Source of the DNA: Fimbriosthenelais zetlandica
Lineage: Eukaryota
DNA length: 64,000 bases
NCBI GenBank assembly: GCA_977030845.1
Contig: OZ365111.1
Location: 17,732,001 to 17,796,000, forward strand
Direction: 5' to 3'
The notes beneath the pieces are model-generated. The model had not been told where the DNA came from and ran no database searches. It saw only the letters and a list, made by a program, of their open reading frames with translations. Positions 43,871 through 56,599 of the stretch are shown here, one piece after another (position 1 is the stretch's first letter; each line of letters begins with the position of its first letter). Position numbers and translations under genes: made by a program.

Positions 43871-45883
43871 TACAAATCATCCAATTCTCGCAATATAGCA
43901 TAGAGAGCTGGTGACCAATTTCCCTTTTAAAAAATGTGCTTCTAGAATTCTTTGGATGTGATGGTTTCAAGCTGCAATCTCCCGAATCAAAATGAAACGC
44001 CTCTCATGCGAATCCACCCACTTCACCATGTGATTCATCAAGTCAGAACCTGCCTAGTCCACCTATTGTAACCCAAACCTAACCCAGCTGAACATTTAAT
44101 AGAACCAGTATCTCATTACCTATCTAGGAGTAAAAATCATTCAAATTCTTTGCTACCTGTTAGCTTCTTTCACCTGCCCGTGGGGGTAGATCACTGAGGG
44201 GGTATAGGGTATACCGTTAACCCCAACTGACCAACCCTGACCACTGGACCATGTCCACTACAATGACCCCTAGAGGGGTATTTTCTATGGTAGAGAGGTC
44301 TATCTGTCAGAAACCTCCATATATCTTACCCCATAGGGTATCAGTCATTGAGGGTGCGAGATTTCTATTATGGCTCCTTTTCAACCCGGGTTCCTTCTAG
44401 TTTTCTATAGATCTTTGTTCATGAATGAACTAGACTTTCTAGGTTAAAGCTAATAGAGTATGGTATGGACATAATGTCTGTGATCCACTATATGAAGCTT
44501 GCTTACCTCATGAATAGTTTAAGGGGGTTAAATTCACTATATAATGCAATTGATAAGACAAGTCCCCATTGCTTAAGGTACTGTCTATACAAACGGATTA
44601 TCTATGCAAATGATAATGGCTGATAGTTGGTTGTGCAATTGCGTGTATCGATTATTCGGTGTTCCAATCTTTCATACTTTTCGTAACCCCAAACGGAGAG
44701 ATTATAAAGATTATCCGACCTATGCTTCAGATTTTTAATAAAAAGACCACTTTATTTCAATGTATTTTCACAGCCGAAGCGAATAAAACAAGGGAGTAGT
44801 GTTCCAAGTTCATAAAAGGCTTAACATCATATAGCCAAAGGGAAAGGAGGAGGCATTGCTAGGATTTGAACCTTAAGCCTTGGAGCTACACAATCTTGAC
44901 CTTTAAAGCTAACTCTCCCTGCAGGACGCTCCTCATAGGTCGGGGAGTCTTTTGTAGTGAAGCGAGGCCTTAAGCATCATCGATACTCGAGAATACAGGT
45001 ACATAAATCTCATTCTATACTTGCTCTGGCTAGAGAATGGGAGGGTATAGCTGTCTATGTGGGTGGTGGCACCTTCAACTATAATGCTTCACAACAGTCA
45101 TCAATGGCTAGCTTTAGGGGGGACTTTATAAACCAGCTAGATTAACATAAACCGCCAGAAAATCCACGTCATAAAACATTTTACACACTGTACCTTACTC
45201 ACATGTCCATGTGTGGTCCCTTTCATGAAAATGGTTGAAAGGTATTTTATATTTTTCCTCTCTGATTAGCAGAATGTGTTCTTTTCAAAGATAACACCTG
45301 TTGTCCCATTTTTGGAGTATCTTCCTCTAAATATCCTAATTGTGTTAAAAGGTAAAATTTCATCTTATTTTTAAAATCAGTAAAACAGTTCCTAATAAAA
45401 AAAATAGTACATGTGATATAATTTGACTTGAATTCCTTCAGAAACCATAACTCTCTTGAACATCAAATTTCTTCATCAAAATCCATCAGAACCCAATACA
45501 TTTCAACTGATTACCATCCCATTTGTTGTGCAAAATATCCCCCAAATTTGCGATGGCTATCTTACTGATAATGTAAACAAACTTCACACTTTTGTGAATT
45601 TTGATGAGAGACATTTGGCTGAGCACCAAAAGCCCCGGGAGTGACAGCTACAATATAGGGAGCCTGGGGGGCTGTTCACCTAACGACAGCTTGGGAGGTG
45701 ACAGAAGGCTAAACTCTACGTGCTCGTCAACACAGAGGTAACAATTGATGAGAACAAAAGGTCCACTCCCAACACGTGTTAATTTATCTGTAAATAGTAG
45801 TTTAACAGCGACTCCTAACCTTGGGTGCTTTACACATATCACAAAGGGCAATGATTTGTTTATACATATAGGGGACTATTGCC

Positions 45884-45995
45884 TGAATGCAAGATTCCTG
45901 TATTGAATGCAAGATTCCTGCACTGAATGCAAAATTCCTGTACTGAATGCAAGATCCCTGTACTGAATGCAAGATTCCTGTACTGAATGCAAAAT
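45884..45995. repeat. 20-bp tandem repeat, about 5.5 copies
   Basis: TGAATGCAAGATTCCTGTAC units. Confidence 0.9.
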
Positions 45996-46443
45996 TTGAT
46001 GGCCGGAACTGAATTTCTTAACTTTGACCTGTCACTATTTCTTTATTTCTATTAATTTATCTAATATATCATTAATATTTCTGCACTGTATATATCCTAA
46101 ATCTATATGTCACCATTTCTCCAAGAGACATTTCTCCAAAAGTACACTGAGCCCAATTGGCTAATGTCACTTATGTGATGGACGTTCGTTATGAAACAAG
46201 TCCCTTTCTAATGGAGATTGCCTTTTCTTTTTCTATTTCTTTTGAAGCCCTGATTTCCTCAATGATTTTCCATGCACTGGAGTGATCCAGACTGGGAAAT
46301 GAGTTTTCATGAATAGGGAAATAATGAGTCGGCTTTTATTATAGACGCAATGCTGCATGGAGGACAATGGCACAACATCTATACAATTACCCCGACTATT
46401 ATCTCCACCGCTATGACACTCAACAAATCTGGTGATATTCATA

Positions 46444-46490
46444 TCTCTCTCTTCTCACTCTCTCTCTCCTCTCTCCCTCTCTCCTCTCAC

Positions 46491-46521
<31 letters not shown>

Positions 46522-46592
46522 CCTCTCACTCTCTCCTTTCACTCTCTCAACACACTCCCTCCATCTCTTTCTCTCCACCCTCTCCCTCACTC
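46444..46592. repeat. (CT)n-rich microsatellite
   Basis: Long imperfect CT dinucleotide run. Confidence 0.9.
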
Positions 46593-49500
46593 TTAAATAA
46601 ATCATGCCACCTTTGCTAAGTCAACTATGTTAAAAGCTGCAATTCTCAGATCTACATAAAATAACTTCACATCTGTGAATTGAATTGAAGCCTAATACTC
46701 CTATGTACAGAACCATTCATTGGAATGGGAATCAGTGCACCATAATTTCAATGGGAAGAGCTATCAATTGAAATATTGCCAAGGTATACTTCATACAAGG
46801 CCTGAGGGTTGAAAGGAGCTGGAAGTGGCACTAAATGACACGCCTGTACTATTATATGTTACATGCTCAGCGATGCTCAAAAGAGCACTTATAATATTAG
46901 AATCACTCCCCATTATTGTCAAAGCCCATCAATTGCTCATTCAATGACCTGCATTTTAACACCGAAACACCTGTTCATTTATTCAGTTTGTCACACCTTT
47001 TACGACAAGGTCAAACCTATTTGTTCATAGCAATAGTTTTTTAAATTCCATTTCCATTTCAATCAGCACCATTGCCAATGTTTTGGTCATGGAAGGCGTT
47101 TTAATCCAATACCACATCCTGACACTAACCTTGAAAGGGAAAGACAAAAATCAGTTAACGATTCCAAGCTACACCATTCTCCTCCCTTTTTGTGCTGACT
47201 CCAGCAAATTAAGTATTCAGTGAAATCCTTGAACAGACTTGGTGGAAATTGTACAATTTTTTCACTGAGCAAATTTAAAATCATTGCATGCAACATACCC
47301 GGGGCAACATATGCCATTAGGCATTTCTTTGAACAAAGATTCTCGCATATAGGGAAATATAGGTAATAGATTGAGAATGAAAGATAGGAGAGAGAGAGGT
47401 GTTCTTTTCTACCACCCTGGTATACAGAAGAGGTTCCATATAGGCTTGATTGAACATGAGAGTGCTGGTAACAAATGACAATCAATTGGCTCTCCCCCAT
47501 TGTAGTGATCTGCCAGGGACTTTAAGGTGTCAGAATTGAAGTCCCACTGACCTCCTCTCGCCCCCCACATCCACCCCCACCCCACACCCCCACTCCTCTC
47601 CTACCTCCCCACGTATACCCCACAAGTCGCATACTAATGATTAAATGTTGCCTAGGTTACACTACTCTCAAGAGGGGGATGACCATGCGGGCAGTATAGA
47701 GGTCAGGTATATGGCAAAGGTTAATCTTTTAAAATGACCTTTAGTGGCTTTGATTAATGACCTTGAGCACTATTCGTCTCATAGTGTCGGCAGTAAATGA
47801 CTCAAAGATGCCCCTGATATATATAACTTTTCTGTATATAATGTACAAACTTTTCTGTCTATTTTCACACTTCGAAATGATCCAAATTAGAAATACGCAT
47901 TTTAGTTACATTTACATCAAGATTTACAATACGTATATATCAATTTCTAGCAAAACGAAGATTTTAATAGATTCTACGTTAGATAGCCTTCCCATTTGTA
48001 CAGTTAATATAAGGGATTCAAAGTCTGAAATACGTACAGTGGTGAGAATGACATATTGCCATGACATCTAAAACCATTTTACTCCTTTCTGCATGTTTCC
48101 TTGTAGTACGGGACCTGTTTCATTAAAAAAATGATTTCCAACCATATCCCATAGACATACTAAAGACTAATTTATCGCATGTTTGTCTTGCAATAGATCG
48201 GTCGAGCCCTGGGACCTATTTCAAAAGAAAAATTAGCAAAGCTAAGTCTAATGGCTAATTTTTCTTTTGAAATGCTCCTGATACTAAAAAAACTGAATAA
48301 ATTTCAAAAAGGGAAGATGAAGAAACTGGCCAGAGACTTAATTAAGGTTTGCTCGAGTAGTTCAATTAATCTATAAAGTCATGGCGCTGCTAAACACTGG
48401 GAGGAGTCATTATTCCCGCCACTCGTAAATACACTCCTGAGACGTTCTCTTTTTGAAAAGGAACCATGCAGTTACCTAAAGTGATTTCTAGCTTCTAACT
48501 TCTAGCTTCTCCGAAGTCGAGCCCGGACTCCACCCCTACGATATTGCGAAACTGTAGCGACAAATTAAGGTGATACAATTCTCTATATTCCATTGCGACG
48601 CAAGTGCTCATCACCTTTGTCACATTTTAGTGTCGCAAGCAAAATCGCTGCAGTGGAGTACTGTCTTCAGAGTGACATATTCATGGAACTCTGCTTGAAT
48701 TATCGGATGATGCTTTATAAATAATAACCAGAATTGATCGTGTTTTCAAACAATCTTTCGTGGTATTGCAGTTACTGATTAAAACCGGTGGAAAGGGAAG
48801 TTATAATATGGCTGACTATTAGGCCATTTACATGTTGGATGCCCCATGTACATGATTGTATACATTAGACATTAGACGTACTGGTAACCTAGTGGGCAAG
48901 GGTAATGTATTTTCATCAGGGGGTAACAAGAAACCCCTGCAGTGGTTGAGTCTATTTAAAACGATGAAAAGTGTGACCCACTTCATCCGGCCATGGATGT
49001 TTCCATTCTACAACTCTTTCCAGTTTCTTTTCTTTTTATCTTTAAAATATGTAATGGCATAATGGGCTTGATAGCAATTATTAATATGTAGAGAATACCG
49101 GTGGTAAAGTACTCAAGAAAGACAGAAAAAATTAAGCCATTATTAATATGTTGCTTTATCGCTTCGTTATTTATGTAATTTCAACTACGTCGAAATAAGC
49201 CGAAATATAAATGATCTATTATTTGTCTCGAAAGAGTTTCAAAAATCATTACTGGAACAGTCACTGGTGCCTTTAATTTGGCGACCCAATTTCCCATGCG
49301 CATCTTGAAGATCACCTTAACATAAGGTTAAAGCTGCAGTGTTCTGCTTCCCTTTCCTCTCAAGTGTTAAATCCCCCCAAGGATTTAATCAATCCTCTTT
49401 GGAGGGGGATTTTGTGTAAAATTGCACTCCTGACAGGGGGTGAACGTGGGAAATAATCAGTTTTTACTGCCCTGTCTCTTTTAATGACTTAACATCGTGT

Positions 49501-51197
49501 CAACCCCCATCTACACGACACACACGTTAGTGGAGTGAAAACACCCACGCTCTCTACTTGTTGATCCCCAAAATGACATCCACATACAAAGACTAATCCG
49601 CTATCCGCTAATGAAAAGCAAAACCAAATAACACCCCCATGGAAAAATGATGTATCAAAGACTAGTTCCGAAAATACATTAATTCTACTTGGGAAAAGGT
49701 CCCAGTGTTGTATAATTATGTTGTTGAAGGGATGGGAGGGAAAGGGGTGGATGGTGGGGGGATTGGTGAAGTGAGCTGTTCTAGTTTCCGCGTTAATACC
49801 GCCTGAACTGTGCTATTTCTGTCTCAAGCACTGTGTCCGCCCATCATTACAGAAGAGAGGAAAATAGGACTGGGGGTTACTTCTTGGGAAATTGTTTTTC
49901 CCCACAATGTTAACTCCAGGGACAAATAAAATGATGTCATCTGATATTGTTACAATGATGTCATCTGATACTGTTCTCTTGCAGGTTTCTCTTTCACAAT
50001 GTCCGTGCAAACAGCTTATTTTATCATCCTGTCATTGCGTCAACTTCAAGGGCCCGTTTCAATAAAACGTGTTTTAACGCTAATACTATATTCAAACGTT
50101 TACAACTAGAAACACTTTAAAACCTTATTTAAAACACATGTTCCCACAGTATATTATTGCATTTGATTAGGCAAGTTATCAAGCCTTTTTATAAACCAGT
50201 GGCGAATATATCAGGTAGTGCAATTGGAAAATTATTGCAGAAAATTATTGTCTTAGTTCGCTTACAGCCAAGAGAGTATACTCCTCAAATGAAGTGCAGT
50301 TCGGTTTACATATAATTCCCCAATTATAACGATGCGCATGGTTATGCAGCATGGAGGTGACATCGCTCTTGTTTAATATAAAAGTCCCATTTTAATGGGT
50401 AGTGCCCCCCACAACCCCTCCATCAGTTCAGCCGCTCCTGTCCAACACAAATGCCTCTCCTGCTGCTGATGCTGCATGCTCCTGATGGTGAGGCACAACC
50501 GCAGCATCCAGAACCGAACACTGGACTCTCCCCTTTCTCTATCTCCCTCTCCTCATCCCTCTCTCTCTCTCCCACCCACCCATCCTCCATCACACTCAAC
50601 ACACAGTGACACACACACACCACACACACACATCCACAGAACTCACCCCAAGCAAATCGTTCTTACACATCATCCCCCCACACACCCATCCTAATTCCTT
50701 CCCATCTATTTATCATAGATTATCATAATTTCTCCAGTTTGAATTCTTAGCGCTCCCTCCTCCGTGGGCGTTAAAGCCGCGGGAGTTGTGGGAGCATGCA
50801 CTCCTCTCTCTATCACTCCCTCTCTTTCAGTTTTTCTCCCCTACTTCCCATCCGCGAATCCCACTTGCCGTGAGACATGACTAGGGATATTCTCCTCTGA
50901 TCAGACAATCAGGCAATCAGTCTACACAACCTGGAGCCACGGGAATGCCAATAGTTTTTTTAAACAAACCCCGAGAAGATATTTAACGTTATCAGTTTGT
51001 TATCTTTGGACATCCCGTATATGACCATAACTTGCATGGGGTCTGTTCCATAACCCATAAGCACGACAAGTTATGATAACCAATGCTAAAGCCTGTACTA
51101 CACTGCTGCGATTTTGCTTGGGACACTACTGCGACAACGGTGAAGCTTGTGTCGCAATGCCATTTATAAATTGCGGTCCAAGTGTCCAAGGAATTAA

Positions 51198-51288
51198 GGC
51201 TGTCCTCCACTGATACATTTTTGATTGGGACAGAAACATCTTTGTCGCAGTAGTGTCGCAAGTATAATCGCAACAGTGGAGGGCGGCC
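51198..51288. mobile_element. Harbinger-like MITE, apparently nested in a related element (about 51085-51350)
   Basis: TIRs GGCTGTCCTCCACTG / CAGTGGAGGGCGGCC with TAA/TTA flanks; outer TACACTGCTGC / GCAGCAGTGTA inverted pair. Confidence 0.65.
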
Positions 51289-53707
51289 TTAACACCTACT
51301 GGGCTGCTCCAATACTACGATTTTGCTGCGACAAAGGCGACAGTTGCAGCAGTGTAATCTACTGATTAATGTTGCATTTATTTCTACTGAGACAAGCCCC
51401 AGATTTAGTTTCTCAATCTGCTTCATATAAGTGAAGCTCATACTGTATGGAATAATCCCGTGAAAGCATTTGTCACCAGTGCGTGGAGCACCTGTTCTGA
51501 CTTGAGGCTAACACCACCATACATACATCACTCTAGGTGTTAGCACATGCCATTTAGACATCCACACTCAAATAAAGGTGTACACACTCAGCCAAAAAGC
51601 TGATATTTCACAGATAATTTATCAGTTTGAGCCCTTGTAAAAATCCCAATTGGCATCCACAGCAGAATGGCATAATTAAATTGATTAAATGTAAATAGCC
51701 GATAAGTTGTCTTAAATGATATATTAAAATTGTATTAGACTCGGTGCAATATGCACCGCATTATGCGTCTAGCATACCCTTGCATTGAAATTCAAAATCA
51801 AAGCCTGTCTAGGATTGTATTTGCCCTCAGGCTAGGTTATGCAATGTAGGACCACCTTCCCTAATAATCAATGACAAAGCACATTGACCTTGTGAGTAGA
51901 GTTTGAGGGTTGTGCTAGTCTAGAGAATAGAATTCAATCATTGATGAATATAGGTGGAGGACAGTGGGGGTGGAGAGTGGGAGGGGGGGGGGAGAGGAGG
52001 GGTTGGTATAAGGGGGTGTGTAGGCAGCTGGGCTGATTGAAAGGTCAGAGGGAGGTGATGCGGAACAGGGCACCATGTACAATAGGACATTTCTTTAGAC
52101 GAAAAAATGTGTTCTCTTTCCATAAAAATACTTTTATATAAAACGTCTAATTCTAAATCTATTTACCATACTGTCACGATGATTTGCTGCTGGTCCATCG
52201 GTTTTGACATATAGGCAATTTTGGCATTTCATTTGACATAATTATGGTCTATTAGATGGTTTACAAAAGTTAATATTTGTTATTTAATGAAGGGCAGTAT
52301 AATCATAACTTTCGATCATGAACTATTAGATTACAATCTGGATTTTTCCATTAACTGTTTTTGAATTGAATTTCAGTTCATTGTTGACCAGATTGACTAT
52401 CACCTGGACTTGCATATGAAGACAAATATGATACCTTTTCCCACAGACTTACTATTGCCTACTGTAGCACTTTTTCATAAAACAGGCCCTGAATATGAAT
52501 AGATAGCCTAAGGATGTCAGAAAGACAAAACAATTATCATAAAATCATTTAACAGTCCTCAAATGATTAGATAACATGATAAATCATACTTGTCAAACCT
52601 TTCAATGAGAACAATTAAGTACATATTTTCTGAAGTGTTATGCAGTTGGCTTACATATCAATTCAATAAGGTTTATGTACTTTCAGTTTTGGAAATCAAT
52701 ATAGATAGGCCTACTGCTTCCTAAAAATGCTTTGATGAAAGGAATCTTGAAGCAGAAGCAGGGAATAGCTATTAGTGAATGAGTGAGGGATCTGTGGTAG
52801 TGTAATCCTATACTATAATAGAGATGGATTTTTACTAGGAGGATAGGCGATGCCATTAAGACAATACATTGAGAAGATGTGCTTGCCCTCTTCACTTCAT
52901 CCTCTCAGGTATCACCACAGTAATTCTGATATCCCCAGTGCTGGCTTTTCGTTTGTTTTGGTAGAGCAAGTTAAAGAGAGATTGTAAAGTATAGGAGAGA
53001 TCAAAAGAAGGGAAGGGAATGGAAATTGGGGAAGTATAGGAAAGGAGGGGGAAGAGAGTGAAGGAAAGGAGGGATTAAAGAAGGAAGGAGTTGATAACAG
53101 GTGCATGAAGAGAGGGAAAATAACAGTAACAGCTGTTCACAGATCAGGAGTAGATGGAGGACAATTATCTATGAGATCAGAAGCAGGAATAGGTGAGAAA
53201 TTGAGAGTAGGAAGAGCAGGAGGGAAGGACAAGAGTTTGCACTAGTGGATGGTGAAAAGCGAAAGCAGCACACGGCCACTGCAACCACTGCCTTAACTGG
53301 ATGAATATTACCACAATCTGGCACTTTCTACATAACCTTGTCTTGTCAGCGCTGACTGCCATTTTACCACAACAAACCGCCACCTCTTGGTTCTTTTCCA
53401 ACCACTGACACTATCTATATTCACATTTTCCACAACTTAAAGCTGCACCAGATATAGACACCATATATGACGGTTGCTCCCATCACACAATGTTGCCATA
53501 CGAATGTACGCAACCAAGCCCCTCCTCCGGATAAGCGAAAAGGCCATAGATAGCCAATATACATGTATGCCACTCTCTTGTATAGAGATCCCCATAGGCA
53601 ATAGAGGGACAAGCTTTTAATCCTTTAACATTCGTTATCATCACTAGAATCCATGTGGAATATTTTCCCTTGTTTCTCTCGGGTCGAATGGTTGTAAAGA
53701 GACTTAC

Positions 53708-53771
53708 CTAAAACGGCCAAAACGATTAGAAATCCAAGGTTGTCCATCGTGAATCGTACAGAGGCAGCCAT
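53708..53771 (-). CDS. Putative first coding exon of a second gene: signal-peptide-like MAASVRFTMDNLGFLIVLAVL(G)
   Basis: ATG in good context (aatATGG) after an in-frame stop; hydrophobic LGFLIVLAVL; consensus phase-1 donor G|GTAAGT. No further convincing coding exon was found in 1-53700. Confidence 0.5.
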
Positions 53772-54184
53772 ATTCCAAGGAGCTAAGCCCGTTCACTGTC
53801 TCATGGCTGCAGAGGCTGGAAGCCACCAAAACGAGGCTACTGGAGAGCCCGCGAGGGGGGCACTCGCAAATAAACTGGGTTCTCATATGATCTTTCTCAT
53901 TTTCAAATAAATTGTAGCACTTTCCAGCACCATGAAAGAGGACATTGTAATATCAGATAAGAGTTTCTACTTTGAACCGATCCCTTGGGCATATATAAAG
54001 GAGTTGTTTCCACAGGGGCTAGGATATTTTTTGCATAGAAACTGACATTTGATTTATCTGAAAATTCATTTGCACAGGCTATTGTTTCTTGCTCATTCAC
54101 TTCAGCTGGGTTGCCTGATGTCCATAAATTTGATGACAATTTATTTTCCCACTTGAAAAATCCTCATCCTCTTACCAATATACG

Positions 54185-54350
54185 TACTTACGACGAAAAA
54201 AATCCGGAAAAGTGCCCGATTGTGAGTGAAGAGAACGGACATTGGGAAGCAGTTTTTTGGTGAGTGCCCCGTTCCTGGGCTGGTGAGATGATGTGGGGAT
54301 GCGTCCCACGCCATTTTCCCGCCTTTTCCTGACCAGCCTCCCCACACTCT
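54185..54350 (-). promoter_or_regulatory. Putative promoter and non-coding first exon of the second gene
   Basis: Locally GC/CpG-richer; YY1-like CGCCATTTT (54309-54317) overlaps E2F-like TTTTCCCGCC (54314-54323); minus-strand donor GTAAGT at 54190-54185. Confidence 0.4.
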
Positions 54351-55100
54351 AGCTGCGGATCACCCAGGCAGCTTTACCGTACCCACAGCTAATAGCAGCC
54401 AAAACTCTCAACCCCTCCAGGTCCCGAATCAACAAAACTAAAACCTAGGACAGCTCATTTGGATTCCAATTGGAGATATTTATTCCCCTTGGATCAAACT
54501 TTTATTTTTGGGAAGCTGTCCAACATTCTGGTTCATGATTTTGCCTCTTGGTCAAGCAGCTGCTATATATAGTCAATGGTATAGAGCCTGATCTCTATTG
54601 GAATTATTGGTTCTTTTCTGATACTTTTCTGGATTTTATATACCAATAATGAATAGGCCTATATTTTAGGAAAGGTCTTTATGATTCATTCTTGGTAAAC
54701 CGAGTAGTAGTTTCACTATGAAAAAGGATATAAATATATTTATTGGATATATTTACGGATATGAATTTATTTATTGGATTTATCTGACTATAGTTAAGTC
54801 AGATATAGTGTACCATGTGATTCTGGTGGATATTTGTTCAACTCGCGAACAGGATATTTACTTCAAATCACTGTGATTTTACTACAGGAATTAATGAATA
54901 TATGAAGCAGCCCACATAAAATGTCTTTGCTACTGAACGAATATGGCCAGGATTTTCTGAGAGGATGAGCCCAGGCAAACCCCAATCATGAAATTAACAA
55001 GGGGATGGGGGAGGTTAGCGTACTTTAGTACTTCATTACGGTCCATTACACGTCATACGCTTCAGATGGGCCTCTCAGAAAAGAGAAATTTATAGACAGA

Positions 55101-55329
55101 TTTATAGACTTTAAGAAAGCGTTTGACATTCTCCATCAGTACATACTTCGGGCAAAACTGATCATTAAGGCTAGCATTTGCGACACCTCCTTAAATTAGT
55201 TCTGAAATATATATGTCTTATTTCACAAATTGTTTGCTAATGAAACCTTACCTTAACCAAATGAACATTAGCACAGGCATCCCACAGGGTATGATATTAG
55301 ACCTACATCTGATCCTAATTTCCATGAAC
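55101..55329 (+). mobile_element. Degraded non-LTR (CR1/L2-like) reverse transcriptase fragment
   Basis: Reads FIDFKKAFDILHQYILRAKL and, after a frameshift, STGIPQGMILDLHLILISMN, matching the RT motifs DFxKAFD and GVPQGSxLGP. Confidence 0.75.
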
Positions 55330-55678
55330 TACAGAGAGGCAGCTAAAAACATCATCACATGATATATAGGGCGCGTGCAGTTCATTGTTAATTTATTGGT
55401 AAGGAAATGTGATAAAAAGTCCAGATTGACGTGGAAAAGCCCAATAGTAGATCCTTTCCAACCATGCATGCTAAAGCATTATTGCTGTACAATGGCCTAA
55501 TAACATGATCAACATGGGGTGTTTACATATAGTAGGCTGTGTTCCAGTTAGACCAAATCTGTAGATTTCATGCTTCCGTTGTGACTTTCACATCCTTGAT
55601 ACTGGTACTTGTCATATTCTAACCAGTCCATTGGAAGCTGGATATAATGACTGGGTCCCTCATAACGTGCTCAATGAG

Positions 55679-55692
55679 GCGCCATCTGGTGG
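55679..55692 (-). promoter_or_regulatory. CTCF-like motif CCACCAGATGGCGC
   Basis: Plus strand gcgccatctggtgg matches the CTCF core consensus; intergenic position. Confidence 0.55.
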
Positions 55693-56585
55693 ATTGGAGG
55701 GTTACTTCCGATGTGTTGCAATGATATCATGCCAGTGGCTTAACCAAAAGGCGGACCAAAAGGATGAGATATTTCTGTAGTTCTCCCCAAGTAATCATCT
55801 AGAAAACGCAGGGCCATCGATTTTACTGTCTATAATCAACTTATTATAGACTAAATACAGTTAGCCTAATCCCCTGGGAAGATTCATAGAATGATTCACC
55901 AAGCGTTGGCTATCACACAGGGTACCTTACTACGTCCCATTGACCATGATGATAAATATAGGCTGGGTCGACAGGCTGGACACTCATCCAATCAGTCCAT
56001 GTCTCACGGTCATGTCGTAATCGGTGGACAGTGAGCCGTTTACGACATTGGTTTCAGTCGAGCGTTATATTGCCTCATAACTAGAGGATAAATAGAGTTG
56101 ACAGAACGCTTCCAACAAAATACTAGTTCTGACTTCTACGAGCAAGGAACTGTTTCAGAACAAATAGGATGGGCTGCTTTATACCAGACAGTTGATAAAG
56201 TCTTGGGGCCTACCTCTTATTGTATCTCGTGTAATATTTGCGCTATGTATGCCATTGTGTCTCAAATTGTATATCCTCTAATGTATCTAAATGACAATAT
56301 TTTAGTCTGGAACTCTTGCATTTGCAATTAAGTGAGTCTGAAATAAAGTATTGATTTGAATTGAATTGGATTGAATTTAAACTACTAGATAATACTAGGC
56401 TTAATGTTGGATCGCGTATTTGTTATGGAATGTTGTCAATATTAGGGAGTGTATTTAAAGTTTATATGATGGATAATAAAGTTAGTGCTTATTGAGACCG
56501 TAAGACTATGTAGGCCTATATCTAAGCAAAATCTGTGATCTAAGGTAAGTAGGCCTTTTGAGGTGGGCAACACTTCCAGTGCCTG

Positions 56586-56599
56586 CTGCCATCTGGTTG
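56586..56599 (-). promoter_or_regulatory. Second CTCF-like motif CAACCAGATGGCAG
   Basis: One mismatch from CCACCAGATGGCAG; same orientation as the 55679 motif. Confidence 0.4.

Noticed and set aside
44118-44140. Second possible AG|GT ratchet site (TAG|GTAATG, minus strand)
   Set aside because: The pyrimidine tract is short and a competing AG lies 4 nt upstream; it is much weaker than the 20389 site.
44852-44922. tRNA-like sequence on the minus strand (GGTTCAAATCC B-box)
   Set aside because: It does not form a convincing cloverleaf and is at most a decayed SINE head.
50451-50487. Plus-strand MPLLLLMLHAPDG|GTGAGG as a start exon
   Set aside because: The hydrophobic core is too short, it derives partly from a CTG repeat, and no partner exons were found downstream.
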